DNA of 64,000 nucleotides from Nageia nagi. Lineage: Eukaryota; Plantae; Pinophyta. Shown one piece after another: positions 13,118-25,500 of this stretch. The notes beneath the pieces were generated by a model, which saw only the letters and a program-made list of their open reading frames with translations, made no database searches and was not told where the DNA came from. The position numbers and the translations under genes are program-made. The stretch's first letter is position 1, and each line of letters starts with the position of its first letter. The stretch is from assembly GCA_050084985.1 (NCBI GenBank), contig JBITNC010000001.1, positions 41,416,001-41,480,000 of the forward strand, read 5' to 3'.

Positions 13118-15796
13118 ATGGCATCATATTTTGCACCCTCTTTCTCACATGGTGAACCTCCTAATACCTCAAAGTAATTCTCATATAAAACTATTTTGAT
13201 CAATAGTTTTACTAAACTTTACCTTACACTCAATTATGATATGATATGGATGGGGGAATCATGTTTGCTCAAAATAATGAGCATGGGCACATTTAGGGAT
13301 ACTTATGAGTTTTAGAATAGATTATTTTTGGTTATAATCATGAAAGGTTTGAGATTTCTATTGAATTTGATAGCCATACCATCTCCTTTTCCATTCATGC
13401 ATCGAATGTGCAATAGTTGATGGGTATCGCTTAAACAACCTTTATCAGGCCTAGATAAAAAATACTTGGAGAAAATATTTAATCCCCCATAGAATATATG
13501 ATGAGTAAATTTCACAAATAGTTCTTTCTTTTTTATTTTTCATTATTATTAAATTTAATTTTAATTTTTACATATTAATTATTTTTTGTAGATAGTAGAA
13601 ACACTTATGGAAGGGGTTTGAAAATTACATATGCATCCCACCCATCTGTGAAAGCAATTATTAAGTTTTTTTTAGGTCTGTATAATTTTGTAAGGGTGTT
13701 CATTAAACATTCCATTCTACGACCTACATTATATTTTCCATTGCCTTCATGATCAAACAAGATATGATTGGTGTTCTTTCATTTTTGATAGAATTAGAAC
13801 CAATCTTTATAGGAATATTTCTAAAGTATCCCCTCATAACTATGTTTCTTGTACAAATTTTTTAGCTATGTTTTTCTATGAAACATATTTGAATTTGAAA
13901 TAAGTAAAAAATCTAACCATTTATAATCCAAAGTTTAAGGATCTTATGTTGAGAAAATAAGAATTGAAGGTATTATGAGTTTCTTAGTCATTTGCTTTTG
14001 TATTTGTTATAGAAAATTAGAATTTTGATAGAATTTTTTGAATTATTGTTTATTTATAGGAACAAGTAGAGTTTACTACTTCATGGTGAAATGTGAATCT
14101 TAAAATTCATTAGCTAAAGTATTGTGGAGATTTGGAGGCCACCATAATTGCTCTTGTAAGGAAAAATAAGAAAAGAAGGATGAAAAATGTAATTATGGAT
14201 GAGAAAGATAGACCTTCAGGATCATTCCGCATTGCACATCATTCTTCTCATACTCTATCTAATGATGATGTTGAATAGGTGCAACAACATCCACCATAAG
14301 AAGAGCAACAAAAACCATAAAAAAAATAACCACAACAACAACAACCATAGTAGCAACAACAACAAAAATAACCATAACAATAGCAATAGCAACAACAACA
14401 CCAACAACAAGAATAAGGTATATAAATATCATCATATCACATGTGGTAATCAAGGATTGTGTAATTTTAAATATTTCTAATAGGTATTATTATTGTTTAT
14501 TTTTCAGTGCCTCCATGTTCAATGAGAGGACAACATAGGGGAAAAATATTAAGCTTAATTTCTTGTTATCGTTAAGCATAAACACTAGATAGAGACACAT
14601 AATTAGTTGACATGATGTCCCCCTCAAACCACTCCTAAGGGCTCCAACTCTTTTTGACATTCCATGTCTATTTCTAGGTGGGATCTCCCTTGCTTCAGAT
14701 AGTAACACTCTTTGTGATCCACCACTATATGAAGATTTTCTTCTGTATGGTATAGCTCCTTTAACCTAAAATCTAGTTGATGTTCTTCAAAGCTAAAAAA
14801 CTTGAGAGGTGTAAGTTACTTCTTTTAATATCAGTAGAACTCCTCCTCCTTTGATAATATGTACATCATGTGGTCCTACATTAGGCGGTCATGTTTTAAT
14901 AGAGGATGAATGTTTATTTTTTGAATTAATTGGTGACAATAGCTAATTTGAAACAAATAATAAAAAAATCAATGTTGAAGAAACTTTTTGTAGCAAGGAT
15001 GTGATAAATTCAAGCTAAAGTTTTTTTTTTTTAATTTTTATCTCAATTTCTCAACTTTGGCAAGAGGGAACATTTATTTTCTTTAATTGAAAATGAACCT
15101 GAAAAGTTAGATGCTTTATTTCAGTAGGACACTTCAGGTAAAGCTAAAATCACCATTTTATTAGGAGATAATGAGTTAGACCTTATCATTAATAAGTTGA
15201 AAAATCTAAATACTGAAGCCCAAGCATATTTTAATCAATGGAGTTGTTATAAAGAAAATTTTGAAAAAATAAAGGTAGAAAAAGCAATTTCAGAGGTATT
15301 ATATATTATTTATGTTATATATTATTCGTATAATATTTTTGAATTTATATCTAAAAAATATTTCATTAACATAGGAAATATTTATTTTATAGGCCAATTA
15401 TGATAATTTTCTCAAGTAGGTGAATAATTATACCTTACAACTAGAAAAGGCTCAAAAAGGCATCTAGTAAGGTGTTGCTTTGAAAGATAGACTTTAGGAT
15501 AATATCAAGGACAACAACATTCTCAAAAGAATCATAAATGAACATGTCTTGGATTGGGAAATGTTATACAAGAAAAATATTTCTAAAATGCCAACTAATG
15601 TTGATGCTGAAGATACAACTACAAAAATGAATTATGGTTGACCACTCTCGAGTTAGCTGCTGAGGGTGTTATAAGAGCTATTGAATTGCAAGGGATAAGA
15701 AAAACCACATGAATGGGGAAATATAAGAAAACAATCATGTTCTAGGGTAAATAAGGTCATGAAATCATTAAAAATATTGTGGAAGATGAAAAATAG
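13118..15796 (+). pseudogene. Spliced accessory gene of the hAT element (PMD/DUF1985-like N-terminus, polyQ tract, charged C-terminus), pseudogenised
   Basis: ATG at 13118 (MASYFAPSFSHGEPP). Four AT-rich GT-AG introns: 13505-13591, 13970-14059, 14418-14507, 15296-15392. Exon peptides include IIFGYNHERFEISIEFDSHTISFSIHASNVQ*LMGI and YDWCSFIFDRIRTNL...CTNFLAMFFYE. CAA-rich stretch at 14280-14417. Confidence 0.6.
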
Positions 15797-16536
15797 ATTT
15801 CATGTATTTTTAAGTTGAAAATTTAGCTTTTTTTGTCTATCCAAATGAAAAATGTTTAAATGGTACTATGTTATGATAGTTGAAAACTTTTTTTTTATCA
15901 ATCAAAATGAACAGTGTTTAATTGGAAGTATATTATAATGGTGAAAACTTTCAATATAATATATTTTTCTATTTATATTGACATGTTTGTATATTGTATA
16001 TTGAATTATTTTCAAACATAGTTTATTTATGGTGAAATATTTCTTCATATTTTGTATTAAATGATAGTTTACGTATAGCATATAAAAGACGTGTGTTTGC
16101 ATAGACAATCATTTGCATAATGCAAACGCTCAACTCAATACCAAAGATGAGCATTTGCATTAAGAAGATGCACATTTGCATTACGTAGACAATCATTTAC
16201 TTGTTGTAGATGCTCATCTTATAAATACAGATGCTTATTTGCATATAGAAGATGAGCATATTTATAGAAATATTGGCATTCCAAACAATTTAAAATATAT
16301 ATAACTAGCATATTATTAAAAATAACATATCAGATAATATTGATATTTCATAGATAATATTTTTTCTAAAATATCATTTTTATTTTGCATTCCATATATA
16401 TTAACATATCATGAAAAATAATATTGATGAAAATATTCAATAATACTCATATTAGTGTCAAATCAAAGTGGATGAGCATCAAATATAGTTATATCAATTA
16501 AATCAAAAATGATAGAAATAAAAACTAAACATAATC

Positions 16537-19098
16537 TAGATCATATTTAATGAATTTGAAATAAATTCCCAATTGGTCGCTTGATAATATTTGCATGCAC
16601 ATTTAAATTTTTAGGCATCATCATATCATTATCTTCATCATTTTGACCATCATCATCATTAGTCTTATTGACATTTCTTCTCTCTAATAATGATTTTCAG
16701 TATATCATTACTCTTTTATATGGAAACTTATTAATATCACAAGAAGAGACATATAATCGTAAACAATGCTCTAAGTTTTTATCCAACTTGATTCAAAGTT
16801 TTTTTTTAACAAAAGATAGTGCGTTAAAAACTCTCTCATCTTCCACTGATCCCAAAATTATTATTTGACATAGTTCATATAAACAAAATTTCTCACCCAT
16901 CGATTTTTGTAAAATATTGTTAGGATACAATTTCTTCCATAAACCTATAATTGAACCTATTTTTGATGGATCTATTAGCTTTGGATATTGGTCAACCATG
17001 GTGATCCCAAAGGATCCTGATTATTCAATCAATAATCTTTTGTTCAAAATACCTGATATCTTAAATCCATTTATCTCAACCTCTTATGAAAAATAATTAA
17101 CAAGAACACCAATGTGTTTGGTAAATGATTACCTGGTTGAATTATAGTCTAAAACATGATCTTAGAATAATGGATTTACAAAACACATTGCCTCAAGTAG
17201 ATCATCTCTATGAAACCTTTATATGATTTCACTTGTTAATGTATTTGACATGCATTTTAATTTTCTTATTTTGTTACTAATAGCCAAATCAAATCCATTC
17301 ATTGTTATGGGCACCTTATGAAGATCCTCACCTGGGAAGTCCATACCTCTTTTATAATAATACACAGGTATTTGTTTTCCATGAACACAAATACACAAAT
17401 ATCCTTTAATATTAAATTTTAAAAACCTATTCGAATCTTTGTAGTTTGTAAGGACTTTCCAATCTTCAAATAATGGATAAGCAAAATTACTTTCATACAA
17501 CTTGTTGATTCGTAAGTAGATCTATTTTCTCATTCAAATAAAACTAATAATATAAATATGTCTTTCCTGAGCTAGTTTTATCAAAAGGTTCATTTTGTAT
17601 AACATAGGAAAAGTACTACATAACATGAGCGAAGTTTCTAAATTTCTTATCCGAAAAAAACATCTTTAGCTTTATCTACTTCTCTTCTATTTTTGTACAT
17701 AAACCCTATTAGAGATTGATACTCTTTGAACACTCTTTCAATAGGTTTATACATTGAAATCCATCTTGTATCTATATCCTTTAACATCTTCCTACCATAT
17801 GTAATTCTTGTTAAAAACTCTTGAAACTTTGTAAACCTTTTGGAACTATTTATAAAATAAGAATAAAGTCCATGAACTAAATCTTCAACTTGCTCAACAT
17901 CATCATGTATACTCATAATTTTATAAGAAAGATTTAATCTATTCATGTATGTGGCTACTACTATTTTAAGTCTTACACAAAGACCATTTCTATGCTCTTG
18001 CATTACAACAGTCCCATCTACTCCTACACATATTAATTTCATTGCAATTTCAAGATTGTCCATATTAGAAACTTCTTTCAAACTCTTAATAACAAGATTG
18101 TAAAGATTATTTACATTATAATTTTCTACCATTTTTTGAAGTTTAAGTGGGTGTGGTTGTCTCAAATGACCATACAATATGTAAAAATGCATGCATATCC
18201 AAGAAGTGTTATCAACAATAGTAACCTCATCAAGTGATAGTGAAATGAATTTTGTTTTTTTCACTTTTTATCTAAGATCATCAATTTTTGACAAAGCCAA
18301 ATATATTTTGACATCTTCCAAACACTTCTATCTGACCAATGAGCACTAGGAAGGTTTTGAACATTTGCAAATTTGAATAAGTTCTTGTAATCAAACAAAT
18401 CAACCATAGGTTTACCCTTTTTTAAAATTATAAATATAACAAAAAATTACAAGGCATTAGAAACTAAAATGGTTTTCTATTATTTTTCAAACTATGCAGT
18501 TATGGTTCCATCAGTCTCTTCCAGGGATTTTTGTCACTTTTGAAATTCAAGTCGTTCATCATAATATATTTTATGTGCACAAGTTGAAGCATCCTAATTG
18601 TTTCTCTCTTTTTTTAACATTTCCATCTTTATCTTCAACTTGAATATATATTTTTCCACAATGTTTTTCAATTGTAGCCTTTTTAAGTTACATTTTGCAT
18701 TCTCTACCTATTTTCCATGAACAAGAAACACATCAACACTTTGTTATTGGATCATTACTATTTTTTGGTTGTGCTGGTTCAATAAATTCATATTTGAAAG
18801 ACCATTCATATTGAAATGATCTTCTAATAGCCCACTTGTTGTTACTTTTCCTAATTCTCTTAAAAGATTATGAACTACACAAAGTATGTGGGTCCTTTCT
18901 AAATTCATTTCTTGGAGTATTATTTACCCCAATTTTGATTGAGTTCAAATCTAGATTTTTATTCATGTATTGATTGACTGGAGCTTCATACATTTCATCA
19001 TCAAAAATATCTTTCATTTCATGTTGTTGAGGTTCAGGATTTTCAATATTTTCTACATTGATAAATAATCTATCAAATTTGGATTTTACTTTCATCAT
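16537..19098 (-). pseudogene. hAT transposase (ZNF862/DUF4371-like subgroup), degenerate
   Basis: Core motifs LSLDEVT, GVDGTVVMQEHRNG, RLNL and DTRW (17647..18264). C-terminal hAT dimerisation-type GSVEDERVFNALSFVKKKL (16793..16999). Cys-containing N-terminal region at about 18650-18830. Confidence 0.85.
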
Positions 19099-19499
19099 TT
19101 AAAATAGTGTAAGAAAAAGATAGATTAGCAGGGCACTTGTAATTTATCGATTTTCATTTTCAGGTTGTTGAGATTTAGCATTTACAGTATTTTTTGCATT
19201 AATAAATAATCTATCAATTTGAGATTTTAAATTCACAATTTCAAACATCATATGAAGAAGATTGAATAGTTATGCACTTGAAATATATCATTGCATTGAT
19301 GCTTGAGACTGATTTAACAAGTTAATTAACCTTCTTGTAGCAAAATTTTGGCCTCTCTTCCAATTAGCTTTTGATGCAATTTTACATACCAAAAATAATA
19401 TTAATGTCAACAATAAGATATGTAAAATTGTTTCCAAAAATTATTATTAGAATAAAGAATAAAAGTCACCTTATCTTTGCAATTCTACAATGAATGCTA

Positions 19500-19997
19500 C
19501 TCAAGTGTCTTTAGGGAGAAGTTGAGCATCTACAAGAAGTCAAGCATCTATAAGGAGAAGTTGAGTGTATGTAGGGGGAATTCAAGTGTCTATAATAGAG
19601 AAGTTGAGAGTATGTAATGGAGCAATCAAGCATCTATAATGGAGCAGTTGAGCATCTGTAATGGAGAAGTAAAGCATCTGTAGGGAGAAGTCAAGCATCT
19701 GTAAGGAGAATTCAAGCATATATAAGGAGAAGTCAAGTGTATGCATGAGAAGTCAAGCATCTGCAATGGAGAAGTTGAGAGTATGTAATGGAGCAATCAA
19801 GCATCTATAATGGAGCAGTCAAGCATCTGTAATGGAGCAGTTGAGCATCTATAATGGAGTAGTCAAGCATCTGTAATAGAGTAGTTGAGCATTTCAAGAT
19901 AGCAATCAAGAGTCTCAGGGAGCAATTGAGCATCTCAAGGAGTAGTCAAAAGTCTCAGGGAGTAATCGAGCATATCAAGGAGAAGTCAAGCATCTTC
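19500..19997 (-). repeat. Tandem array of about 21-22-bp units (AGTTGAGCATCTATAATGGAGC variants) upstream of the hAT transposase
   Basis: The core AGTTGAGCATCT is the reverse complement of AGATGCTCAACT in the 12161-12930 array. Confidence 0.9.
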
Positions 19998-21737
19998 AAA
20001 TCCATTTCTTTTCTTGGAGGATCTAGTACTGGGTGGTGATTTGCTTGACAAAAATAAAAAAATTTATTAAATATAAGTGAATAGGTATGATTTGGTGAGG
20101 GGTATACTTGACTAATTTATATAAAAAATGCATTAGATATAAAATTTTGGATAGCCAATCAAGAAAAAAAACTCAATAAAATTAGGCTACCATGGCCTTT
20201 GTCGATGGGCCCAAAATTAGCAAATTAAAAAATTAAAAATCTAAAAATCATGTTTTTGCTATAAATCACCGCTATGCATTTCCCTATTCTTTAACTATCA
20301 TGAAATTTTTTCCATTTATATTTGAAGCATTTTCTGATACATATATGCGTGATCTAAACTTTGGAGGTGTACTAGAAGTTGAAACAATCATCTATATTAG
20401 ATTGTGAAGGTTTAGATGTGTTTCACATTAAGGATCAACTTCTCTTCAAGTATAACGCTCTATGTGTTTCTAAAGGGGAGAGAATTCAATTGATCAAAGA
20501 AGCTTATACATAAAAAATGGACATTTTGGGGTTGGTAAAACAATTGCAAATTTGTAAAGGTATGTATATTGGCCAAAGATGCAAGAACAACTTGCCAAGT
20601 ATATAAGAAGGTGTATGATGTGTTGCACTAGCAAACCTAACAATAGGAAATTGGGTTTGTATCAATCACTTCCAATTCCTAATCATCTATGGGAAATTAT
20701 TTCAATGGATTTTATAGGAGGATTACCTATCTCTAAGAAGGGACACAACTATTTGTTTATGATTGTCGATAGATTTAGCAAGTTATGTGTTCTAATTCCA
20801 TGTAAGAAGACTGTTAGATAGATATTTTGAGTTTTTGGGCAAATTTTCGACTTGTTTATGGGATGGACACTAGGATGAAAAGAAGTATTGTTTTGCATCC
20901 TCAAATGGATGGGAAAACTAAAGTAGTAAATAGAATAATAGTTCAACTATTGAGGGATTATTATGGCAAACATACAAAGTATTGGGATGAACATCTTATT
21001 TTTATTTAGCATTCTTACAATAGGGAAATCCATACCTCTACAAATAAAACTCCATTTGAAACATGTTATGAGTATTTACCTCCATCTCTTTTTTATTATG
21101 TTGTTAGACACCAAATGGATAATGATATTATAGTTGTGAAAGAAGAAAAGTAAGTTGAATAATTCACTGATAAGATAAGGAAAAATCATTTGAAAGTCTA
21201 AGAGAAACATCAAGCTAACCAATCCAAGTACAAATTAAGACATGCCAAGCATAGGGTTGACCACAAGTTCTAAGTGGGAGATAAAGTTTGGTTGCATCTC
21301 AACAAGGATAGATTGTAACAACCAACCAAGAAGCTTAAACTAATAAGATATGGATTATTTTGTATTGTGGAACAAGTAAGTGATAATGCATTTAGATTAG
21401 ATCTACTTGCCTACATGAACATTCAATTGTGAATGTGGAGAACTTGAAGTTGTTTGAGCCATTCATGCTAACTGAAGAAAAGCAAAGAACATGTCAATTT
21501 TCTTCATCAATTAATGACTTATCTCCAAACACATTATATGAGCTTGGGTATGATTCAATTTTGCAAAAGAATATTTGTACTATTACAAGGGTTGAGAAAA
21601 AAATATGGTTGGTTGGGTTAAAGTGCCAAATGCCTACTAAAACTAAGTGGTACGATAAAGCTAAAATAGGGGAACTGTTTCTTCATCTTCATACTTGAGA
21701 ATTTGTGGGACCAAATATAGTTTCTATGGGAGAGGTA

Positions 21738-22439
21738 TGATCCAAAATGGGTCAATTCAAAAGTTTGATAATCCATGAGAAAAGATTAGTACACCATAGA
21801 TCTCTATGCTTGGAATCAAACATTCCAATAATTTGGTGATTTGGATTCGCATGGTGAACAACACTAGTGTCATGCAAACTTGAAAGTAGGGTGATGTCGT
21901 TTTGTCAAGACATTTGAAGGGAGGAATTGAATGGTCAAGGTTGTTTCAATTAGCATGTTCATTTTGGAGATGTTTCATTAGTTAGAGATGGTTCAATATA
22001 TGCTCACGACTATTTTTTCTCCTATTGGAATCCACTATTCAAGGGTTGTTGTGGTTACTATTGTTAGCACCATTGTAGACTATTGTTGACAAAATGTGGT
22101 GACTCCATTAATGATATTCTAAAGGTTAGAGTGTTCCAAATGTGAGAAGGAGGCTTGTAGACTACACATTGTAGTGCTTACTCCATTTCTTGCATATTTG
22201 TAATGCTATATTAGCTAAAATAATTTTAGAACACCCATTACACTAGATGTACTCTCACACCGAGGGGAATCAATATGAATTTGTTTCATTTTTTTTTGTA
22301 TGCATGCATTTTAATACTATTGGTTATTTCTAGTTTTTAGAGTGTAGTGCTAAATACATATGCAATGTTATATGAGCAATAAAAGTAAAATTGAATATAA
22401 TATATAAGTAAGACATAGGTTTATGGTGATTACAAACCA
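21738..22439 (+). repeat. Gypsy-1 3' LTR
   Basis: Starts TGATCCAAAATGGGTCA after the PPT and ends GGTGATTACAAACCA. Termini parallel the gypsy-2 LTRs. Confidence 0.75.
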
Positions 22440-22574
22440 TATTTAAATTTATCAATTATATGGTATTTGAGAACAAACAAAGATTTAATATCTTTGTAAT
22501 TTTTTCAATCGAATATTGGTAGAAAGCGAAACAAAGCTCCAAAGATTTAGAGACTTGTAACAACTTTAATAGTT

Positions 22575-25500
22575 GAAAAAATCTTCTTTTAAATTCAAAT
22601 TCATGTGGATGTTGCACTCTACTTTCAAAGAAAATTTGAAGTGGTGGAGTGCAGATATTTAGGGAACAACAATGTATAGAATATCACAAAAGATGGGAAT
22701 AGTAAAGAGGTAACTTAGAAAGTGGAATAAAAATGATTTTAGAAATATGAACAAGACGAAAAAGGAACTGGAAGAGAAGATGGAAAGTATAGAAGAATCT
22801 ATATTGACCAAGGGGAGGATAGAAGAAGCTAAAAAGAGAGAAAAAGAGGTCCTTGTTGAGTACTACAATACCCTTACCCAAGAAGAGACTCACTAGAGAT
22901 AAATGTCTAGGATGACCTGGTTGAAGGAAGGAGATAGAAACACAACCTATTTTAATATGACTACAATTCAAAGAAGAGGGGTTAACAAAATAAGAGAGCT
23001 TAAGGGGAAGATGATACCTTGTTAAAGGAAGAAGAGGACATCAAAAAAAAGGTAGAAAGATTCTTTCATAAACTACTACAAATGGACCAAAAGAAAAATA
23101 AAACAACCACTAACAAGATACTTGATTATATTCCAAAACTAATAGATTCAAATATGAATGAAAGTCTTACATATAACATCGCAAAGAAGGAATTGAGAAC
23201 AAATTTATTATAAATGAACAAGGAAAAATCGCTAGGACTAGATGGTTTTCTGAATGGATTCTTCCAACAAAACTAGGAGATTGTTGGAAATGATGTGAGA
23301 GAAGTAGTAGCAGAAATTTTCAAGAGGGGAAAACTTTTAAAAGCATGGAATGCTACCTTTTTGGTGTTAGTACCAAAAACTAATACATCCAAAGAGCTGA
23401 AGGACTACATACCAATAATTCCATGCAATATCCCATACAAAATCATTACAAAAATCATGATGGAGAGAATGAAGCAGTTTATACCATGCATAATATCAAA
23501 GGAGCAAGATGGATTCGTACTAGGCAAACTAATAATAGATGTAAATGTTTTAATGCATGAAGTGTTGCACTCTGTTAATGTCAAAAAAGAGGAAGATATG
23601 CTTCTGAAGCTAGATATGAAAAAAGCTTACGATAGAGCTAATTGGAGATTTTGAGATCAAATTCTTCAAAGATTTGGTTTTGAAGAAAAATGGCATGATT
23701 GGATAAAGGAGTGTATAACCAAACCTAAAAATTTAGTAATTGTAAATGGGGAACCAATAGGATTATTTGCCTTTAAGAGAGTTCTAATATAAGGGGATCC
23801 AATATCCCCCTACCTCTTTATAATAATGGCAGAGGCTTTGGGTAGAGCTATTCAACAAGCCCAAGTTGAAAAGAAAATTATAGGTTTAAAACCAAACGGA
23901 TTCTAAGGTTGTATGGAAGGGTGACACACTGAAAAATTAACATGCAAAAAACCAAATTATTTTTTATGAATGTTACAGGAAGGAAGAAAAAAATGCTAGC
24001 AAAAGTTTTTGGTTGTCAAATGGATGAACTCTCGATTAAATATTTAAGAATACCATTTTTCATAGGGAGAATAAAAGCATAATACTTGGACAACCTAATA
24101 GATAAGATAAGTAAAACATTTTCTGAATGGAAAATAAAACCTCTCTCTTATGCAGTTATGGTACTTCTAATCAAGCACACACTCCAAAGCATGCCCATAT
24201 ATAGTGCTATGGTTTTCAAAATGTTAGAGACAATTGGAAAATAAAATTGACCAAATATGCATAAGGTTTCTATGGGATGATGAAAAAGAAAGGAAAAATT
24301 ATCATTAGTAGCCTCAAATAAAATTGTAGAGAAAGAAGTAGGGGAGTCTAGGATTGAGAAAAATGCAACACTTAAGATAGACTCTAAGCGGTAAAATGGG
24401 ATGGAAATTAGCAAGAGAGGAAGATAGAGAGTGAGTAAAAATTTGTAAAGCAAAGTATCTAGAAAATAACATCCAAGTTTTAAGAGTGGTGAACCCACCT
24501 TATGGCTCTCCCTTTTGGAATGGAATTATTGATATTAGAGAGATTTTGACTAAAAATATAAAATGGTCAATAGGCAAAGGGAGTCAAAGTTCTTATGGGA
24601 AGATGTATGGTTAAGAGAAACACCTCTAATTAGGTATAAAAAAATTAAGGAAAGGTGCAAAGTGGGCAATGATGGAGAAAGGTGACAAGGTAAGAAACTA
24701 CTTAAATAGACGGGAAGGAAAATGGTGGATTAAAGAACCCCTAGAAAAGAAGATCATAAAATAATTTAAAAAGATTATATAGGAAATAGATCAAGGAAGA
24801 AAGAAACTAAATCAAGATATGGATCTACCAAAGTGGAAGATATCCAAAACAAGAGAATACATGGTAAGGGATGTTGTGAGGTGGTTGGCTAGAGAAACAG
24901 GAGAGGAAGACATAGTTTTGTGGAAAAAGGTTTGATTAAAGGGGATAACCCCTAAGATAACATTCTTTATGTGGCTTGCAGCTCATAACAAATTAGCTAC
25001 AATTGATAACCTTCAAAGGAAAGGCTTCCAAATCACAAACATGTGTAACTTTTGTTATGAGGAAGAGGAGACGTAAGATCATATCTTCATTTATTGCACT
25101 TTTATTGGAAAATTGTGTAAATATTAAGGAAAGACATTAACTTCAAAGTAGTTATGCCACAAACCTTAAAATATTTTATTAGGAAATGGCCGCCTCCCAA
25201 AAGATCAATAGAAGAGCTATGGAATTTTATCCTAATGCACACATTATGGTAGATTTGGAAAGAGTGCAATGGAAGGATTTTAAAAAACAAGAGAAAAGAT
25301 ATGAACTATTTGTAAAAGTTGATAGGATTAACAATTAATGAGAGTATAATAAACTACTCCATAAAGGGGGCAAACTCAAATGCATTAAACAGAATTTGGA
25401 ACAAGAGAAGGAGGATAGTAGACTAATGAATGAGCAATTTGGTTGAGGGTGATGAAACACACATTTGGTTAACCAATACTTTGGTCTAATGTAGAATGAA

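Larger units (their letters stand above)
3988..20286 (-). mobile_element. hAT-superfamily DNA transposon (16.3 kb including nested gypsy-2; about 9.3 kb native)
   Basis: Imperfect TIRs: TAGGTTTATGCATA at 3988 and TATGCATTTCCCTA ending 20286. Flanking direct repeat TTCTTTGAC (3979-3987) / TTCTTTAAC (20287-20295). Removing the element restores gypsy-1 pol (NLTSLT|IMKFFPFIFEAFSDTY). Contains a hAT transposase remnant. Confidence 0.85.
591..22439 (+). mobile_element. Gypsy-1: degenerate Ty3/gypsy (CRM-like) retrotransposon split by nested insertions; its 5' end is outside the window
   Basis: Protease/RT at about 600-1765, RT/RNaseH at 3155-3987 (LKIDPKNIRAILEWP), integrase at 20287-21700 (CCTSKPNNRKLGLYQSLPIPNHLWEIISMDFIGGLP). 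PPT ATGGGAGAGGTA precedes the 3' LTR. Many stops and frameshifts. Confidence 0.85.

Noticed and set aside
14199-14480. Poly-Asn and poly-Val ORFs
   Set aside because: They are alternative frames of the decayed polyQ tract and run through a predicted intron.
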